From contig CAVSQW010000008.1 in the NCBI GenBank assembly GCA_963730185.1, forward strand, positions 320,001 to 384,000: DNA of 64,000 nucleotides, written 5' to 3'. Below are positions 8,543-15,754 of this stretch, one piece after another; the stretch's first letter is position 1, and each line of letters opens with the position of its first letter. A program made the position numbers and the translations under genes. Below the pieces are notes generated by a model that saw only the letters and a list, made by a program, of their open reading frames with translations, searched no databases and had not been told where the DNA came from. Source of the DNA: an uncultured Gemmatimonadales bacterium (GTDB lineage: Bacteria > Gemmatimonadota > Gemmatimonadetes > Gemmatimonadales > GWC2-71-9).

Positions 8543-10872
8543 CGGTTGGCCCCGGCGCCGGCCCGCTCCAGGCGGACGGCGCACTTCCGGTCGTCCGGTT
8601 GGCCGGACCAGGGATCGTGCGCCCGCCCGGTCAGGCGGTTGATCGGCTTGCCCTCGTCGAAGGTCGGGACGAAGACCTGTCCCCGGGGCGGCTGCGAGCG
8701 ATAGTCGATCCGGGCTTCGAGCTCGAGGGCGCCGCGGCGGCTCACCAGCCGGACCAGGTCGCCCCGCTGGATCTTGTGGGTGGCCGCGTCGGCCGGGTTG
8801 ATCTCGACGTAGGCGTGGGGCAGGGCCCGGTGCAGGGTCGCGATCCGCTGGGTCATCGCCCCGCCGCCCCAGTGCTCCAACACGCCGCCCGTCACCAGCC
8901 AGAGCGGGTAGGCCCGGTCGGGCGCCTCGGCCGCCGGCCGGTCCGGCCGGAGCCAGACCCAGGCCCGGTGGTCGGGATGGCCGTAGAAGTCGAAATCGCC
9001 GCGGGCCCGGTCGGCGGCGGGGTCATGGGCGGTGTGGTACCGCCACTTGGTCTCGTGACCGTCGCGGTAGGGCCAGTAGACTCCCGGCCGGCGACGGAGC
9101 TCGGCGAGCGGCGGCAGGGGACTGGGCCCGTCGGCGTGGAAGCGCTGGTACTCCTCCCAGATCTGATCGGCCAGGTGGTCGCGGTCCCAGGGAAAGAGCG
9201 ACGCCAGGCCGAGCCGCCGCCCCACCTGGATCATCAGTTCGGCGTCGCTGGTCGCGTCGCCGGGCGGATTGGTCAGCTTGGCGAAGTGCTGGACCCGGCG
9301 TTCGGGGTTGGCATAGATGCCCTCCCGTTCGATCCAGATGGCGGCCGGCAGGACCACGTCAGCCAGGTCCGTCGTCGGGGTGGGGTACGCTTCGCTGACC
9401 ACGATGAACCGGTCCGGTTGCCGGGCGGCGCGGCGGTACCGGTCCAGGTCCGGGAGGCTCAACATCGGGTTGGTGGCCTGAATCCAGAGCACCCGAAGGT
9501 CGCCCCGGTCGAGGGCGTCGAACAGACCCACCGCGGTGCCCCCCGGACGGGGGTCGATCCGGTCGGCCGGCACGCCCCAGATCCGGGCGGCCCGCTCGCG
9601 ATCCTCGGGGCGAGTGACCAGGCCCCGCGGGAGGGTATGGGTCAGCGTTCCGGCGTCGTGTGGGGCGGCCCCGCCGTTCGGCTGGCCGGTGGTGGCGAAG
9701 GCCGCGTTGCCGGGCGTGCCCATCTTGCCGGCCAGCAGGTGGATGTTGTAGAGCGCGTTGTTGGTCCAGGTGCCGCGGACGTCCTGATGGACGTTGGCGC
9801 CCCAGATCGACATCACCTTCCGGGCCGGATCGCCGTAGAGCGACGCGACCCACCGGATCGTCTCGGCCGGCATCCCGGTCAGCCGTTGGGCCCGCTCGGC
9901 GGAGTAGGTCTCGAGCCCGGCCAGGAACTCGTCCCGGCTGGCGTCGGCCGGTCGCTCGGCGACCAGGCCGCCGTCCGGGGGCTCTGGCGCGGCCTCGCTC
10001 GCCGTCTTCTTGAACGCGACGTATCGGTTCACGAAGTCCCAATCCACCCACTCGCTGGCGACCAATTCGTGGCAGACGGCCTGGGCGATCTCCAAGGCGC
10101 CGTGAGGCAGGAAGAGCGCGGCCCGGTCGGCGGCGTAGCTGGTGCGGGTCGTTCGGGTGGCGAGGTCGATGATTCGGACCGCCGGATTGTCGCGGCGGCG
10201 GGCCAGAATCCGGGAAAAGAGGACCGGATCCGTCTCGGCCAGGTTGGTGTCCCAGAGAACGATGGTGTCGGCGTGATCGATGTCGTCGTAGCAGCCGACC
10301 GCTCCGTCGAGCCCGAAGGTGCTGTCCAGTCCGGCCATCGCGCCGGCGCCGTAGAGCCGGGTGCTGGTCTCGAGATTGTTCGTGCCGAGGCCGCCTTTGA
10401 CCAGCTTGGAGGCGACGTAGGCGTCGAGGATCGTCCACTGGGCCGATCCGTACAGGCCGACGCTGTCCTTGCCGTGCTGGTCGATCGATTCCCGGATCTT
10501 CCGGGCCACGAGGTCCAGCGCCTCGCCGAGAGGAACCGGAACCAGGGCGCCGTCCCTCCTGACCAGGGCCCGGGTGATGCGATCCTCGCCCCGGAGCGCC
10601 TGGACCGAGAGATAGCCGCGGACGCAGGCCAGGCCGCCGGCGACCGGCGAGTCGAGATCGCCCTTGACGGCCGACGCGCGACCGTTGGTGAGGCCGACGA
10701 GGAGGCCACAGCCGACCCCGCAGAGCCGGCAGGGCGCCTTGTGCCACACCGTGCCGGCCAGCGCCCGCCCCTCGGCCGGGGCCATGCCCAACCCGGGAAT
10801 GCCGACCGCGCCGACCGCCGCGGACAGGGCGACGACCTCTTTGACGAACCCGCGCCGGTCGAGGGCTCTCAT
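8539..10872 (-). CDS. NapA-like (DMSO reductase family) molybdopterin oxidoreductase with atypical active site
   Basis: Tat DRRGFVK; WHKAPCRLCGVGC...ACVRG Fe-S motif; DAYVASKLVKGGLGTNN; NIHLLAGK...PGN...TGQP; VLEHW; C-terminal KCAVRL. The Cys ligand position is Tyr. Confidence 0.85.
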   Translation of the reverse strand: MRALDRRGFVKEVVALSAAVGAVGIPGLGMAPAEGRALAGTVWHKAPCRLCGVGCGLLVGLTNGRASAVKGDLDSPVAGGLACVRGYLSVQALRGEDRITRALVRRDGALVPVPLGEALDLVARKIRESIDQHGKDSVGLYGSAQWTILDAYVASKLVKGGLGTNNLETSTRLYGAGAMAGLDSTFGLDGAVGCYDDIDHADTIVLWDTNLAETDPVLFSRILARRRDNPAVRIIDLATRTTRTSYAADRAALFLPHGALEIAQAVCHELVASEWVDWDFVNRYVAFKKTASEAAPEPPDGGLVAERPADASRDEFLAGLETYSAERAQRLTGMPAETIRWVASLYGDPARKVMSIWGANVHQDVRGTWTNNALYNIHLLAGKMGTPGNAAFATTGQPNGGAAPHDAGTLTHTLPRGLVTRPEDRERAARIWGVPADRIDPRPGGTAVGLFDALDRGDLRVLWIQATNPMLSLPDLDRYRRAARQPDRFIVVSEAYPTPTTDLADVVLPAAIWIEREGIYANPERRVQHFAKLTNPPGDATSDAELMIQVGRRLGLASLFPWDRDHLADQIWEEYQRFHADGPSPLPPLAELRRRPGVYWPYRDGHETKWRYHTAHDPAADRARGDFDFYGHPDHRAWVWLRPDRPAAEAPDRAYPLWLVTGGVLEHWGGGAMTQRIATLHRALPHAYVEINPADAATHKIQRGDLVRLVSRRGALELEARIDYRSQPPRGQVFVPTFDEGKPINRLTGRAHDPWSGQPDDRKCAVRLERAGAGANR

Positions 10873-10910
10873 GGGAGTCCGGGAACAGGAACACCTGGGC
10901 ACTGAGGCAT
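10869..10910 (-). other. 13-aa upstream mini-ORF (MPQCPGVPVPGLP) coupled to the napA-like start
   Basis: AGGAGGT SD 7 nt before ATG 10910; its TGA (10871-10869) overlaps the napA-like ATG (10872-10870). Confidence 0.4.
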
Positions 10911-10995
10911 GCCGGAGACCTCCTGATCGGTCGTTACCGCTGTTGGGTGTCCTGCAATCCGCGACCGGGGTCCGGTCTGAACGCGCTGTCGGCGC

Positions 10996-11069
10996 GGTGA
11001 AGGCAACGGTCGAACGAACGACCGTTTGGAACCTGCGGGGCGTTGGGTGAAGGCGTTCCTAACGAACGA
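10996..11069. promoter_or_regulatory. Tandem direct repeat GGTGAAGGC-N6/8-AACGAACGA upstream of the nap-like operon; putative TF operator
   Basis: Copies at 10996-11021 and 11046-11069. The first overlaps an 8-bp inverted repeat (11005-11026). Confidence 0.45.
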
Positions 11070-11087
11070 TGAAGCTTGGCTTAGAAG

Positions 11088-11897
11088 TCAGCCAGTCGGC
11101 TTGACGGCGGCGCGAGCCTCGGCCAGGAAGCGGTCGACGGCCGTCTGGTGGTCGCGGTACTCCGGCCGGCCAGCCGCGATCTCCTTGTCGTAGGCGGCGT
11201 TGAAGCCCTGGTAGGCCCTGGCGAGCGCGGCGTCGTTCCGGGCGAATTGGGCCAGCGCGCCCTCGATCATGAAGCCGAAGAGGTGGGTGGGATCGTTGGC
11301 GAGGATGGTGTCGGCCAGCGCCCGAGCGCCGGCCAGGTCGCCGGTGTGGAGTCGGAGCATGGCCGAGTGGTAGCGGGCGTCGGCGTCCGGGGCGGGGAGG
11401 TCCGCGTACGCCTGCATGGCCATGGGGAGGAACTGGGAGGCTTGGGCGGTGTCGCCCGACTCACTCGCTTGCATGACCCGGTTGTAGAGGCGGTCGAAGC
11501 GCTCCCGTGGGCTCATGTTGCTGATGTCGGGCGGTGCCCCGTTCCCGCCGCCGCCCAGAGCGGGGGTGGCGGCCGGGACGGGGGTGACCGCAGCCCGGGT
11601 CTGGCTCTCCTTCCGGAACAGGGCCACCAAGATGACGAGCAGGGCAGCGCCTCCGATGAGGTACGGGAAGACGGTCCCCATTGACAGGGATGGCTTGGTT
11701 GCCTGGACCGGTGCCGGCCCAGCCGGGCCGACCGGCTGGCCACAATTGGCGCAGAACTTGACCCCCGGGGTCAACGGCTGGTCGCACGAGCGGCAGCGGG
11801 CGCCGGGAAGCGGGGCGCCGCAGCTGGCGCAGAATCGGCCGGTGCTTTGGGCGCCACACTGCGAACAGGTGCTGGGGGCTGTCGGATTGGGTGACAT
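11088..11897 (-). CDS. Zinc-ribbon membrane protein with C-terminal TPR-like helical domain
   Basis: Four CxxC motifs (CSQC, CASC, CRSC, CANC), one TM helix and a helical C-terminus. Confidence 0.7.
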   Translation of the reverse strand: MSPNPTAPSTCSQCGAQSTGRFCASCGAPLPGARCRSCDQPLTPGVKFCANCGQPVGPAGPAPVQATKPSLSMGTVFPYLIGGAALLVILVALFRKESQTRAAVTPVPAATPALGGGGNGAPPDISNMSPRERFDRLYNRVMQASESGDTAQASQFLPMAMQAYADLPAPDADARYHSAMLRLHTGDLAGARALADTILANDPTHLFGFMIEGALAQFARNDAALARAYQGFNAAYDKEIAAGRPEYRDHQTAVDRFLAEARAAVKPTG

Positions 11898-11987
11898 CGG
11901 GATGCTCGGAAGGGGTCACGTGCCTGGGCTGCGCCAAGACAATAATGTGGTCGGGGGCGAAACCTGAAGCCGAGGTGGCGCAAAGTC

Positions 11988-12017
11988 TTGAAGAATTTAT
12001 GAAAGTCAGCTTAGAAT
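11988..12017 (+). promoter_or_regulatory. Putative sigma70-type promoter of the multiheme cluster
   Basis: TTGAAG-18 nt-TAGAAT in an AT-rich divergent intergenic region. Confidence 0.4.
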
Positions 12018-12134
12018 CGTGCCGGATGCCTTGTAGGCGGACGGGGAGGATAGCTACTGTTGACCCGTGGTTGGATTACTTGGGTAGAAATGCGGTATGC
12101 GTTCAACCTGGTCTGGTCAACGACGGAGACGGTT

Positions 12135-13730
12135 GTGCGATTCAGAATCCCCTTTTCGAGTGGTGTCCTGGGCGTCATTTGCGCCATGACCCTGGCGGGA
12201 TGTACCTCGGAGAAGATCGTCTACCGCGATCGGGAGCCGTTCAACGTGCCGCCCGACGCGGCCTTGGGCTTCCTGGGGTACTACGACGTCTCCACCAAGC
12301 AGACCACCTGCGGCAACTGCCACAGCGAGAAGCAGGCGAGCTGGTCGACGACCAAGCACGCCTCCGCGTGGGAGGATCTGCAGGCTTCGGGGCACGCGAC
12401 GGCTTCCTGTAACGGATGCCATACGGTGTCCGAGAATGGGAACTCCGTGGGCGCGCCGGCGGGCTACAGCGTGGTCCCCGACTCGGTCTATCAAGACGTG
12501 CAGTGCGAGAACTGTCACGGACCGGGCCTGACCCACGTTCAGAATCCGACCAACACCAACCAGCCGTTGGCATCGATCTCCGCCGATACCGGCCAGGTCA
12601 ACGGCTGCGGCGGCTGCCATTCGGGCGTTCACGAGCCGTTCGTGGATCAGTGGAAGGAATCGGCCCACGGGTCGGGGCCAGGCTTCGACCACGCCGCCAC
12701 CAACGCCACCTGTGCGCCTTGCCACGAGGGCAAGGCGGCGCTGAGCCAGAAGTTTGGGGTCACGACCAACTACAAAGAGGCGAGCTCGACCGATCCGGTC
12801 CGGATCGTCTGCGCCGTCTGCCACAACCCGCACGGATCGCCCTACGACCATCAGCTTCGGGCGTCCGTCTCGACGCCGACCCGGGACAACCTCTGCATCA
12901 TGTGCCACTCCCGGCAGGGCACTCCGCCGTGGAGCACGGCCGCGGCCGGCGGCGGCACGACCCGAGGCGCTCACGGGGCCCAGGGGCTTCTGGTGCTGGG
13001 TCTCGACGTCGGGTGGATTCCGCCCAACTTCGCCTACGACCCGTCGTCGATCGTGAGCACGCACGGAACGGGCGCCAATCCGAAGCTCTGCGCCACCTGT
13101 CACGTCGCCCAGACCACGGTGACTGATCAAGCGACCGGTGCCTTCGTCTTCCAGAGCGTGGGGCACACCTTCACGGCGACGCCGTGCCTGGATGCCCAGG
13201 GCCTCCCGACCGCCACGACCGAGTGCGACGTTACCCAGCGGGACTTCACGGCCTGTGCCGCCTCCGGGTGCCACTCGAGCGATCAGACGGCTCGGGCGGC
13301 GTACATCTCCTTCGAGAGCCGGTTGGACAACCTGGTCGACCAGATCTGGAAGGACACCAACGGGAACAGCGTGATCGACGCGACCGACGGTGGCTTGATC
13401 CCGCAGATGGTGGCCCGAAACTCGGCCGCCGACCAGGCCGCGCTCGACTTCAGCAGCACCGTGACGACGACGGCCAAGGGCGCGCTCTTCAACGCGGCCC
13501 TGGCGGCCACCGACAACCGGCCCCAGTTCCTGGCCGGCACGGTCTACAACTTCACCTTCTCGACCCACATGGCCTCGGGTGGCGGTGCCCACAACCCGTT
13601 CCTGCTCGAAGCCCTGCTGACCGCGTCGATCGAGGCCCTCAAGAACGACTACGGGCTCAGCGCGCCGCCCAACCTGGACCTCAAGGTCCACGCGGTGGCG
13701 CCGAAGGGCCTGCGGATGGCGGCCCGGTAG
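12135..13730 (+). CDS. Multiheme c-type cytochrome lipoprotein (8 CxxCH + 1 CxxxxCH)
   Basis: GTG with GGAG SD; lipobox LAGC; CGNCH, CNGCH, CENCH, CGGCH, CAPCH, CAVCH, CIMCH, CATCH, CAASGCH; helical C-terminus with GAHNP. Confidence 0.9.
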   Translation: MRFRIPFSSGVLGVICAMTLAGCTSEKIVYRDREPFNVPPDAALGFLGYYDVSTKQTTCGNCHSEKQASWSTTKHASAWEDLQASGHATASCNGCHTVSENGNSVGAPAGYSVVPDSVYQDVQCENCHGPGLTHVQNPTNTNQPLASISADTGQVNGCGGCHSGVHEPFVDQWKESAHGSGPGFDHAATNATCAPCHEGKAALSQKFGVTTNYKEASSTDPVRIVCAVCHNPHGSPYDHQLRASVSTPTRDNLCIMCHSRQGTPPWSTAAAGGGTTRGAHGAQGLLVLGLDVGWIPPNFAYDPSSIVSTHGTGANPKLCATCHVAQTTVTDQATGAFVFQSVGHTFTATPCLDAQGLPTATTECDVTQRDFTACAASGCHSSDQTARAAYISFESRLDNLVDQIWKDTNGNSVIDATDGGLIPQMVARNSAADQAALDFSSTVTTTAKGALFNAALAATDNRPQFLAGTVYNFTFSTHMASGGGAHNPFLLEALLTASIEALKNDYGLSAPPNLDLKVHAVAPKGLRMAAR

Positions 13731-13738
13731 CTGACAAG

Positions 13739-13785
13739 GGACCGTCCGTCGATTAGGTTCCGGCGGACGGTCCAACTTCTTTCTT
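13739..13785 (+). terminator. Intercistronic stem-loop with U-rich tail
   Basis: GGACCGTCCGTCG / CGGCGGACGGTCC 13-bp stem (one G-U), 9-nt loop, then AACTTCTTTCTT. Confidence 0.6.
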
Positions 13786-13789
13786 CATC

Positions 13790-15754
13790 GTGACTCTTCT
13801 CGGCTTCCCCCAGCTGACCGACACGGTGCGGGCGGCGTCGGCGGTTGCCGATACCACCCCCCCGACTCTGGTCGAGTCCCCCCTCCCCGGGGGCGTGTCC
13901 GAGGTCGTTCGCTACTTCTTCAATCTGCCGCAGTGGTTCCAGATTGCCGGCTTCTTTGCCGGCCTGATCGTCGCGGCGCTGATCTTGATCTATCTCTGGA
14001 AGCGCCGGGCGCCGATCGTCTACTGGATCAAGACCCGGGAGCGCGGCCTCCAGCTGGGGCTTGCCGGCGGCCTGTTCGGCCTCATCCTGCTCGCCAGCGG
14101 CGCCGGGATGGTCAGCTGGAACTACATGCAGCACGACAACGGGTTCTGCACCGGATGCCACGTCATGAACGTGCCGTTCGGGAAGTTCGAGGTCCGGGCC
14201 GGGAAGCACGACTCGCTGCAGTGCCACAACTGCCATCAGCAGTCGATCTACGCCAGCATGCGGCAGCTCTACCTCTGGGTGGCGGAGCGTCCGGAGGAGA
14301 TCGGGAGCCACGCCAAGGTGCCGAACCGGGTCTGCGCCGGGTGTCACGTCACCGGCGAGGGCAAGGAGAAGTGGAAGAACATCGCCGCGACGGCGGGCCA
14401 CCGGGTGCACCTCGAGTCCGACTCGACGGCGCTCAAGAACGTCCAGTGCGTGACCTGCCACGGCTACGAGGTGCACCTCTTCGTGCCGGTCGACCGGACC
14501 TGTATGCAGTCGGGCTGTCACGAGAACTTGAAGATCGGTCTGGGTAAGATGGCGGGGCAGACCGACCTCCACTGCGTCACCTGTCACCAGTTCACCGCGG
14601 ACGTGCCTCGGCTGGCGACCTACGACTCGGCCGCGAAGACCCTGGTCCCCACCAACAAGCAGTGTCTCAGCTGCCACGAGATGCAGAAGGTCCTGACCGA
14701 GTTCGATCCGGCCAAGGATCCGCACAACGGGGCCTGCGGCACGTGCCACAACCCGCACACCCAGACCAAGGCGGCCGACGCGGCGAAGCGCTGCGCGACC
14801 TCGGGCTGCCACGACAACTGGGGCGAGGTGCCGTTCCACGTGGGGGCGACCCATCGGCAGGTGGTGCAGGACTGCCTGCTCTGCCACAATCCGCACCAGG
14901 CCCGGCTCGACGCCAGCGACTGCGAGGGCTGCCACACCAAGGTGCGGGCCCGGGGACGGTTCAGACCGCCGGTACCGTTCGACACCTTGCGGGCCCTCAA
15001 GGGCGGGCGGGGGTCGCCGCCCGGCGCCTCAGCGGGTGGCCCCGTCACGGGCTTCATCGGGGGGGGCGCCTGGTGGGAGCCCCCCCTTTCGTTGTCCGAT
15101 CCGCCCCCGGTCCGGGCCGTGCCCGCACCGGCAGCCGATTCGTTCCCGCACCAACGTCACAAGAGCCTCGCCTGCCTGACCTGTCACAAGCCAACCGCCA
15201 CCCACGGACGCCTGAACTTCGAGACTCCCCGCGGGTGTCAGATCTGCCACCACGTGGTCCAGCGTGACAAGCCGTGTACCGTCTGCCACCAGCAGTCCGA
15301 GCTGGACCCGCCGCACGTCGAGACGGTGACGATCACCGTGCCCGACCGGGCGCCGAGGGCCCGGCCGGTGACATTCACGCACCGAGGCCCGCACGAGAAG
15401 CTCGCCTGCCGTGACTGCCACAAAACCGAGGTCACCAACCTGCCGGCGGCCGACGTCGTCACCTGCCAGGCGTGCCACGACCGACACCACGGCAACCCGA
15501 CGACCTGCTCCACCTGTCACACCGCCACCGATCTCCAAGCGGTCCATGCCCGACCGATCGAGGCCCATCGGGCCTGTGACGAATGCCACACGGCCCGGAT
15601 CGTCGCCGAGCTGGTTCCCACCCGGAACCTCTGCGTGACCTGTCACCGGACCAAGGCGGATCACTATCCCGCCAAACAGTGCACCGTGTGTCACTTCCTC
15701 TCGGATCCGGAGAGCTATCGGGTCCACCTGCGCAAAGCGAGCAAGGCCGGGTGA
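13790..15754 (+). CDS. Membrane-anchored multiheme cytochrome with NapC/NirT-like N-terminus (18 CxxCH + 2 CxxxxCH)
   Basis: Two hydrophobic helices, then YMQHDNGFCTGCHVM (NapC-type FCxxCHxM); heme motifs counted by hand. Confidence 0.88.
   Translation: MTLLGFPQLTDTVRAASAVADTTPPTLVESPLPGGVSEVVRYFFNLPQWFQIAGFFAGLIVAALILIYLWKRRAPIVYWIKTRERGLQLGLAGGLFGLILLASGAGMVSWNYMQHDNGFCTGCHVMNVPFGKFEVRAGKHDSLQCHNCHQQSIYASMRQLYLWVAERPEEIGSHAKVPNRVCAGCHVTGEGKEKWKNIAATAGHRVHLESDSTALKNVQCVTCHGYEVHLFVPVDRTCMQSGCHENLKIGLGKMAGQTDLHCVTCHQFTADVPRLATYDSAAKTLVPTNKQCLSCHEMQKVLTEFDPAKDPHNGACGTCHNPHTQTKAADAAKRCATSGCHDNWGEVPFHVGATHRQVVQDCLLCHNPHQARLDASDCEGCHTKVRARGRFRPPVPFDTLRALKGGRGSPPGASAGGPVTGFIGGGAWWEPPLSLSDPPPVRAVPAPAADSFPHQRHKSLACLTCHKPTATHGRLNFETPRGCQICHHVVQRDKPCTVCHQQSELDPPHVETVTITVPDRAPRARPVTFTHRGPHEKLACRDCHKTEVTNLPAADVVTCQACHDRHHGNPTTCSTCHTATDLQAVHARPIEAHRACDECHTARIVAELVPTRNLCVTCHRTKADHYPAKQCTVCHFLSDPESYRVHLRKASKAG

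Noticed and set aside
11986..12003. Rex-like box TCTTGAAGAATTTATGAA
   Set aside because: Only 9 of 14 positions match TTGTGAA-N4-TTCACAA, which is easily chance in an AT-rich promoter.
11955..12026. Possible c-di-GMP/cGAMP (GEMM-I) riboswitch upstream of the multiheme cluster (GGCGAAACCT...AGGTGGCGCAAAG)
   Set aside because: The resemblance is partial: P2 is short, there is no GNRA tetraloop or receptor, and it overlaps the candidate promoter. An Infernal RF01051 hit would revive it.
12135..13730. NrfA nitrite reductase call
   Set aside because: No CxxCK catalytic heme motif, and the heme count differs.
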